From Spirochaetia bacterium (GTDB lineage Bacteria; Spirochaetota; Spirochaetia; G963692905): a DNA stretch of 64,000 bases. The stretch lies in contig OZ253446.1 in the NCBI GenBank assembly GCA_965261245.1, positions 1,233,300 to 1,297,299 of the forward strand. The letters run 5' to 3'. Under the pieces are notes generated by a model that was not told the origin of the DNA, searched no databases, and was given only the letters and a program-made list of their open reading frames with translations. A program made the translations under genes and the position numbers. This document shows, in pieces, positions 8,404 to 17,725 of the stretch (positions are counted from its first letter, which is position 1; each line of letters starts with the position of its first letter).

Positions 8404-8880
8404 ATGATGAGTAATTTGAATTCTGTATTGATCGAAGGGAATCTTACGAGAGATCCAGAACTAAAAACGTTACCCAGCGGGACTCCTACGTGTACATTTG
8501 GTATTGCGACGAATAGGTACTATAAGGTACAGGGGGAGAAAAAACAGGAGGTATCGTATTTTGATGTTGAGGTGTGGAGTAAAAATGCAGAGAACTGCAG
8601 CCAGTATCTCAAGAAAGGAAGCGGTGTCCGCGTGGTTGGGCGTCTGAAGATGGATGCCTGGACGGGCGAAGACGGGGGGCGGAAAACTAAAGTAAAAATA
8701 GTTGCCGAACACGTCGAGTTCAAACCGAGCTTCGGGGCCCGGCGCGATAAAAAAGACGCGCAGGGGGGCAGCAGCGGGAGCGGCGAGAGCGGGGGGAAAT
8801 CCGCCGGCACCGGCGGGGACAAGGCGGCGGACGCCGAGTCTCCTGCTGTCAAAGAACAGGAGGAGATGGCGGTAGTATAG
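8404..8880 (+). CDS. ssb: Single-stranded DNA-binding protein
   Basis: OB-fold N-terminus (NSVLIEGNLTRDPELK..FGIATNR..FDVEVWSK) and Gly/Ser-rich tail. Start at ATG 8404. Confidence 0.85.
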   Translation: MMSNLNSVLIEGNLTRDPELKTLPSGTPTCTFGIATNRYYKVQGEKKQEVSYFDVEVWSKNAENCSQYLKKGSGVRVVGRLKMDAWTGEDGGRKTKVKIVAEHVEFKPSFGARRDKKDAQGGSSGSGESGGKSAGTGGDKAADAESPAVKEQEEMAVV

Positions 8881-8895
8881 AGAGAGAGGAGGGAG

Positions 8896-8947
8896 AGGGG
8901 GGAATCGGGAGAGAGTGCGCGTCCTCTCCTGACCCCTTTTTTATTTT
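8896..8947 (+). terminator. Putative intrinsic terminator after ssb
   Basis: GGAGAG..CTCTCC / GGGG..CCCC hairpin followed by TTTTTTATTTTT. Confidence 0.4.
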
Positions 8948-8986
8948 TGCGGTTGCTTAATCTTACCCCACGGGCTACAGTTAAGC

Positions 8987-10948
8987 GTGAGTGAATCCGC
9001 AACGGTAACGGCGTTAACGTTTCGTCCAAAGAGTTTTGATGAGCTTGTTGGGCAGGAATTTGTTGCGCACACGCTTGGGGAGGAGATTAAGCACGGTAAG
9101 GTCGCCAACGCCTACCTGCTTTCAGGCCCGCGGGGCGTGGGGAAGACCACCACGGCGCGCCTCCTGGCGCAATCCCTGAACCACGGGGACGATACGAGTA
9201 ACCCGCAGTGGCTGGCGATACGGAACGGGACGGCCCTGGATGTTGTAGAGATAGACGGGGCGTCGCATACGTCCGTCCAGGATGTCCGGCAGATAAAAGA
9301 GGATGTCCTCTACCCCCCGCAGGGGTCGCGGTATAAGATATATATCATCGATGAGGTGCACATGCTCTCTACCAGTGCGTTTAACGCACTGCTGAAAACC
9401 ATTGAGGAACCGCCCCCGTACATCGTCTTTATATTTGCCACCACGGAGCCCGAGCGGCTGCCGTTGACGGTGCGGTCGCGGTGCCAGCAGTTTCATTTCC
9501 GCCTGCTGCCGGCGAAACTTATTGTCCAGAAATTACAGGAAGTCGTTGACAGCAAGGGTATGAGCGCCGATCCGGCGGTCCTGGGGTGGATTGCGCACGA
9601 ATCGGACGGCTCGATGCGCGACGCCTATACTCTGTTTGATCAGATCGCTGTCTCCGAAGAGGCGCTCCACGACCTGGATGCGTTGCGGAGAAATTTCGGG
9701 CTGGCCGAGACGGAGGTGCTGGAGCAATTACTGGTTGCGCTTTCGCAGGAAGATATCGCGCAGGCGCTGACCATTGTGGATGATTTATTTTCCCGCGGCG
9801 TCGGGATAGAGAGCGTGGTGAACGACCTGTGTACTACCTTTCGGTCGGCGTTGCTGTATACCTATGAGGTGTCGATTGATGATGACAGTACCCACCAGGG
9901 GCTGTCGGAGGCAACCAGGCAGGCCCTGGGGTCGTACACGCGGGAGGCGCTCCTTGGTATCGGGGATGAGCTCCTGGGGCTGCATAGGCAGATGCGGTTT
10001 TCCCTGAATCAGCGCTACGAGTTCGAGTTGGCCCTGGCCCGGATAGGGTATATCCGCCAGCGGGTGACCCTACAGGGGGTTGGGGGGCAAATCGCGGCCC
10101 TGCAGGAGCAGGGCGGCGGGGCTGTTGCCGCAGCACCCTCTGCTAACACACCGCCCCCGCCCCAGCCGTCCCGCGAACCGGCAGCGCCGAGCACTCCCTC
10201 GCCCGTGCGCCCTCAACCTGTTCCCGATGCACCCGCACCCGCTCCTGAATCTGCCGTACCGGACGCTCCTGAATCCGTCGCGCCTGCCGCCCCGGCAGTG
10301 CCCGCTGCACCCGCGTCCGCTCCTGCCGCATCCGCCGCACCCGCTCCCGACGCACCCGCTCCCGACGCACCCGCTCCCGACGCACCCGCTCCCGACGCAC
10401 CCGCTCCTGAATCCGCTGCACCCCCCGCTCCCGCCGCACCCGTACCCGCTCCTGACGCACCCGCGCCCGCCGCGCCCGCCGCCCCAGCAGCACCTGTGGC
10501 CCCTAGCGCGCCCGCTGTTTCCGATGCGCCTGCTCCTGAATCCGCCGCCCCGGCAGCACCCCCCGTTCCCGACGCATCGCCCGCCCCAGCCGCGTTGGAC
10601 GATGCCCGCATAGCAGAGGCAGTCGAAACCCTTGCTGATATTAACCCCTCGCTTTATGATATACTCAAGAATAAGAGCACATGGGAGTTATCTGGCGACG
10701 GAGACAAGGCGGCCATTACGGTTACCGTGAACTCCGGGTTTGATTACGATCTTCTTATGAAATTGAAGAAACAGATGATGGAACGGATAGGACCAATATT
10801 GACAACCGCCGACGGCGCGCGCCCAATGATACAGGTTATCGGGCCGCACTCTACGGCGAACGTTGCCGACGGCGAGAGCGCCGCCGGGGCGCAGGAAAAA
10901 TTGCTGGAAATGACTAAATCAGTATTTGGAGGTACGAGAGTAAACTAA
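8987..10948 (+). CDS. dnaX: DNA polymerase III subunits gamma/tau
   Basis: Walker A GPRGVGKTT, DEVHML box, RSRCQQF sensor. GTG start. Long Pro/Ala-rich linker. Confidence 0.9.
   Translation: MSESATVTALTFRPKSFDELVGQEFVAHTLGEEIKHGKVANAYLLSGPRGVGKTTTARLLAQSLNHGDDTSNPQWLAIRNGTALDVVEIDGASHTSVQDVRQIKEDVLYPPQGSRYKIYIIDEVHMLSTSAFNALLKTIEEPPPYIVFIFATTEPERLPLTVRSRCQQFHFRLLPAKLIVQKLQEVVDSKGMSADPAVLGWIAHESDGSMRDAYTLFDQIAVSEEALHDLDALRRNFGLAETEVLEQLLVALSQEDIAQALTIVDDLFSRGVGIESVVNDLCTTFRSALLYTYEVSIDDDSTHQGLSEATRQALGSYTREALLGIGDELLGLHRQMRFSLNQRYEFELALARIGYIRQRVTLQGVGGQIAALQEQGGGAVAAAPSANTPPPPQPSREPAAPSTPSPVRPQPVPDAPAPAPESAVPDAPESVAPAAPAVPAAPASAPAASAAPAPDAPAPDAPAPDAPAPDAPAPESAAPPAPAAPVPAPDAPAPAAPAAPAAPVAPSAPAVSDAPAPESAAPAAPPVPDASPAPAALDDARIAEAVETLADINPSLYDILKNKSTWELSGDGDKAAITVTVNSGFDYDLLMKLKKQMMERIGPILTTADGARPMIQVIGPHSTANVADGESAAGAQEKLLEMTKSVFGGTRVN
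10337..10411 (+). repeat. 15-bp in-frame tandem repeat (GCACCCGCTCCCGAC, 4 units plus 1 degenerate) encoding APAPD
   Basis: Direct reading inside the dnaX Pro/Ala linker. Confidence 0.85.
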
Positions 10949-11250
10949 TGGTTAATATTTTTGAGGCACTAAAGGGCATGAAAGACATGCAGAAACACCT
11001 CTCCTCGATTCGAGTAGAGGGACGGGCGGGAGGCGATATGGTTATTATCGCTATCGACGGCAAATTTCAGCCGAAGAAGGTTACGATATCGCCCGAGGCC
11101 CTGGAGAACAAAAATCCCGAATTTGTTGCAGACCTGGTATCATCCGCCCTGAAGGATGCGGTGAGCAAGGTGCAAAGTGAACTGCAAGCGCGTCTTGGCG
11201 GCGGGGCCGGCGGGTCGATGCTGCAAGGCATGTTTGGCGGCGGCGGATAA
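10948..11250 (+). CDS. ybaB: Nucleoid-associated protein YbaB/EbfC
   Basis: 100 aa. Start overlaps the dnaX stop (TAATG). Canonical dnaX-ybaB-recR order. Confidence 0.85.
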   Translation: MVNIFEALKGMKDMQKHLSSIRVEGRAGGDMVIIAIDGKFQPKKVTISPEALENKNPEFVADLVSSALKDAVSKVQSELQARLGGGAGGSMLQGMFGGGG

Positions 11251-11253
11251 ACC

Positions 11254-11847
11254 TTGAACAGCATTCAGCGCCTGACGGAGCTGCTTGCCCGCTTCCCGGG
11301 GATTGGGCCCAAGAGTGCGCAGCGGTTGGTGTATTATCTGTTAAATACAGACAACAGTTATAACCAGCTGTTAGGCAAGGAAATTGGCGTCCTGCAGGAC
11401 AACATCAAGCGGTGTTCGCGGTGTAACTATTTTACCGAGGTAGATCCCTGTAATATCTGCACCGATATGCAGCGTGACCACAGTGTCCTCTGTGTGGTTG
11501 CCGCCCCCCAGGATGTCGAACAACTGGAAGCCAGCAGGGAGTATAACGGCGAATACCATGTTTTACAGGGATATATATCGCCGCTGCGCGGGCTCGGGCC
11601 GGATGAAATCGGCGGCCCGCGGTTGTACCAGCGGGTACGGGAACAGAAATATAAAGAGGTAATACTTGCCACCAATCCCACCGTGGAGGGCGAAACCACC
11701 GCCCTGTATTTGGCAAAACTACTGGATGATCTATCCGTACAGATTACCCGCCCCGCCATGGGGCTGCCGGTTGGCGGCGACCTGGGGTACACGGACAGAC
11801 AAACCATTGCCCGCTCCCTGCAGGATAGACGCTCCCTGGCCCACTGA
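11254..11847 (+). CDS. recR: Recombination protein RecR
   Basis: HhH N-terminus (FPGIGPKSAQRL), C4 zinc finger (CSRCNYFTEVDPCNIC), Toprim (ILATNPTVEGETTA). TTG start. Confidence 0.9.
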   Translation: MNSIQRLTELLARFPGIGPKSAQRLVYYLLNTDNSYNQLLGKEIGVLQDNIKRCSRCNYFTEVDPCNICTDMQRDHSVLCVVAAPQDVEQLEASREYNGEYHVLQGYISPLRGLGPDEIGGPRLYQRVREQKYKEVILATNPTVEGETTALYLAKLLDDLSVQITRPAMGLPVGGDLGYTDRQTIARSLQDRRSLAH

Positions 11848-11855
11848 CCTCTCCG

Positions 11856-12938
11856 ATGGATGTATTTCGTTCCGCCGACCAGTCGCCCCTGCATAACCTT
11901 GCCCTCGAACACGAACTCCTGGGCGAGGCAGACCGGCACCCGTTATTGCTGTGCTGGGTATCGGGGCCCGCGGTAGTAATTGGACGCAACCAGAACCCGT
12001 GGCAGGAGGTAAATTTAGACTATATTAACAAGCATGGTATCCAGCTGGTGCGGCGTGAAAGCGGGGGCGGTGCTGTCTACCATGACACGGGAAACCTCAA
12101 CTGCAGCTTTATTGCCCCGCAGGCCGGCGATGCGGTGGAGAAAAATCTGCTCCTGTTGGTACGGGCCCTGCATAGCATCGGGGTGCGGGCAAAACATAAC
12201 GCACACCACGATATAACCGTAGCGGGCAGGAAGGTATCGGGGAGTGCGTTTCGTATTTCCAAAGGCCGCTCGCTCCACCATGCGACACTGTTGGTCTCTG
12301 CAAATTTACGCCATCTGCGCGGATCCCTGCGCCCGGCCCCCGAGGGCGGGTTGGCAGTGCACAACAGTACCGCGATACCGTCACGGAGATCGTCGGTAAC
12401 CAATATATCCGAGCACGTGCCCGCCGCGCTCCGCTCGCGCAACCTGCTGGAGAAATTAATAGAGGCAATTGCCGCGCACGCCGCTGCCGATGACCCGCTC
12501 TCGACGGCGGCAGGGCGGCGGGGCACAGCCCCTCCTGGGGAAGAGGACGGCTGCCAGCCCATAGACCCCGTGGGGTATGCCGGCGTCGGTGCGCAGGTGC
12601 AGGCGCTCGGGGAGTGGGGATGGCGGTACGGGCGTACCCCGCCGTGTGATGTGGTTATAAAACACGATGAAAACTCCAGTATTTTGCTGAACGTACGCGA
12701 AGGCGTCATTTGCAGCGTGAAGTATAACAGCAAAATAGCAGCACGCGAAAAGATAGAAAATACCTTGCAGGGCATGCTCTGTTCGCAGAGGTATGAAAGA
12801 GAGACTATCCGCTCTGCCTTGCGGGAGATGGGGCGCGGGGCCGGCGGTAACGGCGGTGTGATGCCCGGTGCTGCAAAAGCAGAAATACGGTACGTGCGGG
12901 CAATACTACATACGCTGCTTACACATAGCGCAGTGTGA
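11856..12938 (+). CDS. lplA: Lipoate-protein ligase A family protein
   Basis: RRESGGGAVYHDTGN and KVSGSAFR motifs of the LplA/LipB/BPL fold. Confidence 0.75.
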   Translation: MDVFRSADQSPLHNLALEHELLGEADRHPLLLCWVSGPAVVIGRNQNPWQEVNLDYINKHGIQLVRRESGGGAVYHDTGNLNCSFIAPQAGDAVEKNLLLLVRALHSIGVRAKHNAHHDITVAGRKVSGSAFRISKGRSLHHATLLVSANLRHLRGSLRPAPEGGLAVHNSTAIPSRRSSVTNISEHVPAALRSRNLLEKLIEAIAAHAAADDPLSTAAGRRGTAPPGEEDGCQPIDPVGYAGVGAQVQALGEWGWRYGRTPPCDVVIKHDENSSILLNVREGVICSVKYNSKIAAREKIENTLQGMLCSQRYERETIRSALREMGRGAGGNGGVMPGAAKAEIRYVRAILHTLLTHSAV

Positions 12939-13038
12939 TAATGCGGGATTTTTTTACGTCAATTCGCTTGCAAAAATACCGATATTAGTATAGTATATTA
13001 TCGTGACAATGGATATAATTCTTATAGTGAGTCGATAG

Positions 13039-15213
13039 ATGGCTGAAGTAACAAGTGATGATGTAGTATTCATCTCAAAAAATGTAGTGGAGTTACCGCG
13101 CGGCGGGTACCTCATTAATACATCCGAGGGACAGATTCAGTTCGGTGCTCCCCCGGAGACAATCAAAGATACCATTGTAACCGAGGCATCGGTACCGCAG
13201 ATTTTTGTACTGCCCCGCCAGCTTTTCCATTGGCAAAAAGGCATCAACGTTGCTGATATGGAATTCCCCCTGTATTTCAATTTCTTTATCAAAAAACGCA
13301 AGACCCTGATAATCGGCACAGAGGCCCAGTGCCGCCGGTTAATCATCGCACTGCGCGAGGCGGTATTTGGTCCGCAAAACCTCGATCTATCGCAGGATGC
13401 AGCCGAGAACCAGCTGACCTACGTGCCGGATATCCGCGGCGAACTGGCCTACTTTCGCGGCAAACTTGAGTTGACCGATCTCTTTACCCTGAAAATATTC
13501 AGACAGCGGGAAGTCAAGCACGGTGATGTGACCATTTCAATTAATAATGATCAGAATTATGAAGTAGTTGATGGCGATAAAAAGCTGGCCACAGTACCTG
13601 GAAAAATTAATTACTCATCAAAATTCATCGTCGGCAAGCGCCTCCCGGAATCGTTTACGCCGCCGCGCTTTGCGGTAACCTGCCTTGGACCCAGCCATGG
13701 GTTTGACCCAAAGGATAACACATCGGGATTTATTATCTGGCTAAACGGCAACGGAATAATGATTGACCCGCCGGTAAATACCACAGAGTGGCTGGTAGAA
13801 TCAAACGTCAACCCTAAGTTTATTGACAGTATTATCCTGACACACTGCCACGCAGACCACGATGCCGGTACCTTCCAGAAAATTCTGGAGGAATCCAGGA
13901 TTACGGTCTACACCACACCCACGGTTATGAGCAGTTTCCTGCGTAAGTACTCTGCGTTCTCCGGCGAATCTATTCTGTTCCTGCGCAAGTTTTTCAACTA
14001 CCAACCGCTCTACATGGGGCGCCCGTTTTTCCTGCATGGCGGGGAATTCGATATTTTTTATTCGGTGCACTCGATCCCAACCATGGGGTTCAAGCTCCGC
14101 TTCCAAGGCCAGTCGTTTGTCTACTCGTCCGACCACCAGGGCGATCCAAGCGTACAGAAAGAGCTATTGAACAAGAAGCTGATAACCAAAGAGCGGTACA
14201 AACAGCTGCAGGAATTCCCGTGGGATAGCGATGTAATCTACCACGAATCGGGCATTGCACCCCTGCATACACCCATTACCTACCTGAACTCACTCCCCGA
14301 AGAGGTACAGGTTAAAACCGTTATCTATCACATCGCCAAAAAAGATTTCCCCGCACCGGGCGAGACAAAACTGACGCACGCCACCTTCGGCATCGAAAAC
14401 ACCCTCTATTTCAAAACCCAGCGTATTGAATACGAAGAGGCCAGCAAGACCCTTGATGTACTCAAGCACCTGGAATTCTTTCGCCACCTGACACCCGATA
14501 GGGTCCAGGAATTCTTCTTTATCCTGGAGCACAAGCAGTTCAAGCGCGGCGATATTATCATCAAAAAGGGCACCAAGGGCGATTACTTCTACATTATCAA
14601 ATACGGGAACGTCCGCGTAGACATTGCCGCACTATCCCGGAGTAAATACATGGGGGCCTTTGAGTTCTTCGGTGAGGTCGCCCTGATGGCTGACACCGTC
14701 CGTACGGCAGACATCGTCGCCGAAACCGACGTGCAGCTCTATGCTATCGAGAGAAACCGGTTCCTGAACTTCATCTCCGGTACCGAGTTCGAGAATGTCC
14801 TGAAGCGGTTGATTGAAAACCGCAGCGAAGAGACCTGGAACACCCTGGTGAACAGCCAGAGTTTTATCGGCCTGACCGACTACCAGTTGATGCTCCTTGA
14901 GTCCGTCCTCGAACCCCTGGAGCGCCACGGCAGCGGTATTCTGCTCAGAGAAAACGAAATGCTCCCCGGTATCTATATTATCAACCGCGGCAAGGTACAG
15001 GTAATGCGCCGCGGCGTGCAGTTAGATGACCTGAAACGCGGCGATGTAGTTGGCAGTGCCGACCGTATCCAGCGTAGCGAGCCGTCAGACCTCACATATA
15101 TCCACCAGAGCGATATTAAATTATTCTTTGTAAACAACAGGAACCTCAGTTACTTTATCGAGAGTAACCCCGGTACTGTAATCCGTATATCTTCCCGTTA
15201 CCGAAAAGTATAA
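13039..15213 (+). CDS. Metallo-beta-lactamase-fold hydrolase fused to two cyclic-nucleotide-binding domains
   Basis: HxHxDH motif (THCHADHDAG). cNMP-binding signature FFGEVALM..RTADIVA, with a second module near the C-terminus. Confidence 0.7.
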   Translation: MAEVTSDDVVFISKNVVELPRGGYLINTSEGQIQFGAPPETIKDTIVTEASVPQIFVLPRQLFHWQKGINVADMEFPLYFNFFIKKRKTLIIGTEAQCRRLIIALREAVFGPQNLDLSQDAAENQLTYVPDIRGELAYFRGKLELTDLFTLKIFRQREVKHGDVTISINNDQNYEVVDGDKKLATVPGKINYSSKFIVGKRLPESFTPPRFAVTCLGPSHGFDPKDNTSGFIIWLNGNGIMIDPPVNTTEWLVESNVNPKFIDSIILTHCHADHDAGTFQKILEESRITVYTTPTVMSSFLRKYSAFSGESILFLRKFFNYQPLYMGRPFFLHGGEFDIFYSVHSIPTMGFKLRFQGQSFVYSSDHQGDPSVQKELLNKKLITKERYKQLQEFPWDSDVIYHESGIAPLHTPITYLNSLPEEVQVKTVIYHIAKKDFPAPGETKLTHATFGIENTLYFKTQRIEYEEASKTLDVLKHLEFFRHLTPDRVQEFFFILEHKQFKRGDIIIKKGTKGDYFYIIKYGNVRVDIAALSRSKYMGAFEFFGEVALMADTVRTADIVAETDVQLYAIERNRFLNFISGTEFENVLKRLIENRSEETWNTLVNSQSFIGLTDYQLMLLESVLEPLERHGSGILLRENEMLPGIYIINRGKVQVMRRGVQLDDLKRGDVVGSADRIQRSEPSDLTYIHQSDIKLFFVNNRNLSYFIESNPGTVIRISSRYRKV

Positions 15214-15248
15214 CCAATATAACCGCTCCCGCGCGGTGTCTCTTGCTC

Positions 15249-16595
15249 TTAAAACCCGAAGTCTTCGTAATGCAGCTGCTGGCGCGGCACACCCATACCC
15301 TGCAAGTCCGCCCGCAAGGTCCGCTGCATCTTCGTCGGCCCGCAGATATAAATCTCACCGGCACGCAGGATATCCGGGGCAGCGTACTCTAGCAGCTTCC
15401 CCGCCGGCTCGCGCTGGCCCGTGTTGGACGGTGCTTGCGAAACCGCAACGTGCACTTCCAGGTTCGCCAACCCCGCCTGCCACCCCGGGAGGTAGGCGTC
15501 CAGGATATGCTTCTCATCGGCGCGTGTTTTCCAGATAAAGATAATCTTCCGCTTCGATTTTTCCGCCGCCAGCCCGTCGAGCATAGCCATAAACGGCGTC
15601 ACCCCAATACCGCCGCCGATAAATACCAGCGTTCTCTCCCGCGCCTGCCCCGACAGGAAGGTATGGCTGAAATGTCCATACGGGCCGTCCACCCGCACCG
15701 CATCACCAACCGCAGCCTGGGTCTGTATGCGCTTGCTCCAATCGCCGCTATCTTTAATGGTAACCGCTATATCGGACTCACCGCACTTACACAGTGTAAA
15801 CGGATGCTCGTCGCCCCGCGCCGCGCCGGTTAGTACTTTAATAAAGCAGTACGTCCCAGGGTGGTCGGCGTAACTGCGCCGCGGTTGGCGCCGTATACTA
15901 GCGGGGTCGCGGTGCAGGTGCAGGGTAACCACCCGCGGGGCGAGGGTATCAATTTTCCGTATCACAAACGGCCGCCTGCCCAACCACAGGGGATATATGA
16001 ACTTCCGCCACAGGTACGCCCCCATCGCTCCTGCGAACCACGCCGACATCAACCCCGTACGAAGCCAATTCTCCTGCGTGGACGCGGCAAGCAGTACATG
16101 CAGGAGCGCCAACAGCATAGCAACGGCGGTAATGTTATGTATACCCCGAAAGTGCTGGTACCCGATGCGCAGCCGACGCTGTAAAAAATTACGCACCCAC
16201 CGTATCGGGGGTACGTGCCCGGGGGCACTGGTCAGCAGCACCACCGCCAGTACCGACAGGAGCACAAACAGCATCAGCGCAATCTCGCCAAGCATTACCT
16301 GTAAATCCTCGGGCTGCCCGTGCCGGAGCCGGCTGTGCGCGATTGCAAACATCAACGCAACCGTCGCCATAATCCGATGAAACGCAATGACGCGCTCGTA
16401 CCCGTAGGTACGATCCAAAACCTTAAACCGCGGCCCGGTAATAAATTGATTCAGAAAGTAGCAAAAGGCAAATATGCCCGCGAAAGTGGCCAGCGACCAC
16501 GAATGAAAAAAACTATACCAATTCTGATGAAAGTAGGCGGCAACAACCACCATGGGGCTGAGTATATACAGCGCAACCAAACTACGCTTTATCAT
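15249..16595 (-). CDS. NOX/ferric-reductase-superfamily flavocytochrome (TM haem domain plus FAD/NAD(P)H domain)
   Basis: Paired His in TM helices (AFHRIMATVALMFAIAH; HNITAVAMLLALLH), HPFT FAD motif, GGGIGVTPF nucleotide motif, C-terminal CGP. SD GGGGAG before the ATG. Confidence 0.7.
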   Translation of the reverse strand: MIKRSLVALYILSPMVVVAAYFHQNWYSFFHSWSLATFAGIFAFCYFLNQFITGPRFKVLDRTYGYERVIAFHRIMATVALMFAIAHSRLRHGQPEDLQVMLGEIALMLFVLLSVLAVVLLTSAPGHVPPIRWVRNFLQRRLRIGYQHFRGIHNITAVAMLLALLHVLLAASTQENWLRTGLMSAWFAGAMGAYLWRKFIYPLWLGRRPFVIRKIDTLAPRVVTLHLHRDPASIRRQPRRSYADHPGTYCFIKVLTGAARGDEHPFTLCKCGESDIAVTIKDSGDWSKRIQTQAAVGDAVRVDGPYGHFSHTFLSGQARERTLVFIGGGIGVTPFMAMLDGLAAEKSKRKIIFIWKTRADEKHILDAYLPGWQAGLANLEVHVAVSQAPSNTGQREPAGKLLEYAAPDILRAGEIYICGPTKMQRTLRADLQGMGVPRQQLHYEDFGF

Positions 16596-16637
16596 ATACC
16601 GCTCCCCTTGCGTCGTTACACGCCCGCACCGTACGAG

Positions 16638-17111
16638 CTAGAGAATCTCCTCAACTTTGTTGGCAATCTGGTTGACCAACTCGGAGACGTCGCTTTTCTT
16701 CGAAGGCGTTGTAATACTATCAACTCCTTCGGGGTAGATGGGCGACCACCCAAGGTCCCGGTAGGTCGTGACAAGCACAACCCGCTCGGTATCTTCGACT
16801 TCGGCCAGCCAACTGGTGACCCACGGGCGAACCTGCGAATTAACCCCGGCGTTAATAACAACCACCGCATCAAAATCACCTGCGTAGTAATCACCCAATT
16901 CCTTCCGGCTATCTTCAACCAGAGTAACCTCGTAATCGCTCGATGCAAAACTTGCAGCAAGCTCCTCAACCAACGCGTTCTTGAACGCACTCTTCTCAGT
17001 CGCCACCAGGACGTGCCCAACGTGCTCGGCACCGTCCTCGCCGTGTGCCCCGAGGGCCAATAGCGGTGCAGCAAATAGCACCAACATCAATAATATCTTA
17101 TTCATCACCAT
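16638..17111 (-). CDS. Hypothetical secreted protein
   Basis: Signal peptide (KILLMLVLFAAPLLALGAHG). No family recognised. Lies directly upstream of the NOX-like gene. Confidence 0.5.
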   Translation of the reverse strand: MVMNKILLMLVLFAAPLLALGAHGEDGAEHVGHVLVATEKSAFKNALVEELAASFASSDYEVTLVEDSRKELGDYYAGDFDAVVVINAGVNSQVRPWVTSWLAEVEDTERVVLVTTYRDLGWSPIYPEGVDSITTPSKKSDVSELVNQIANKVEEIL

Positions 17112-17223
17112 CTCCTTTTTTATTAATTGCTTCCCGAATAATCTGTATCAAGCGGTCAATCTGCGGTTTGAATATATACCCGCCGACAACCCCGACAACC
17201 AGCCCCCAAAAAAATCTCATCAT
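17098..17223 (-). CDS. Small ORF, 41 aa, single-TM peptide (MMRFFWGLVVGVVGGYIFKPQIDRLIQIIREAINKKGDGDE)
   Basis: Not in the ORF track (under 60 aa). Perfect GGAGG lies 7 nt upstream of ATGATG. The stop overlaps the start of the next gene. Confidence 0.35.
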   Translation of the reverse strand: MMRFFWGLVVGVVGGYIFKPQIDRLIQIIREAINKKGDGDE

Positions 17224-17304
17224 ACAAGTACCTCCGATGTATTATGTCCTATAGTAGCATGTGCGGGGCGGTGTCGTCAAGTGCTTGGGAGAGGGTTTTT
17301 AGGA

Positions 17305-17458
17305 GGGGGGATACCCCCCTCGCTGCAGCCAGCGTGCCCCGCCTGCGCGAGCGCAGCCGCGGCACCAGTGCGCTAACCTGCTGCGCAGGTTACGGGCTCA
17401 CTCCCGCTCGCCCGCCGCGCACCTCGCTGTCTTCCGCTACCCCCCGTCGCTTCTGTGA
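17305..17458 (+). repeat. Family A repeat, copy A2
   Basis: Aligned by eye to A1. The tail motif GCTACCCCCCGTCGCTTCTGT recurs 88 nt downstream at 17524. Confidence 0.85.
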
Positions 17459-17725
17459 AGATATTAAGTCATCCACAAGAGATTGAAGCGTAATGCGCCG
17501 CAAAGGCGACGCCAATAAACAGACGCTACCCCCCGTCGCTTCTGTCTGCTTGTTGGCGCCGTGGTGACGGCGCATGGTTTTTTACCAACACTGGGGGGGG
17601 TTTGGCACCGCATACATCGCCGGCGGTGTACTTGCTGAAATACACCGCCATTGATTACACCCGCCATCTATCTGATAGACGCCGGCTTTACGCTGGCATT
17701 GCTACCAATTTGGTTGGTTATGGGA

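Noticed and set aside
8987-10948. A programmed frameshift or slippage site producing a shorter gamma subunit in dnaX.
   Set aside because: I found no A-rich slippery heptamer or long A-run in the expected region. This cannot be excluded without experimental data.
17244-17486. Apparently conserved peptides (..PLAAASVP..GLTPARPPRTSLSSATPRRFC..) in ORFs at 7585..7788, 17244..17486, 34267..34929, 57428..58048 and 62092..62558. Analogous ORFs over family B lie at 8012..8323, 38531..38797, 45951..46633 and 52250..52528.
   Set aside because: The conservation comes from the repeated DNA elements A and B. Substitutions follow hairpin pairing rather than codon structure, and the frames and ends differ between copies.
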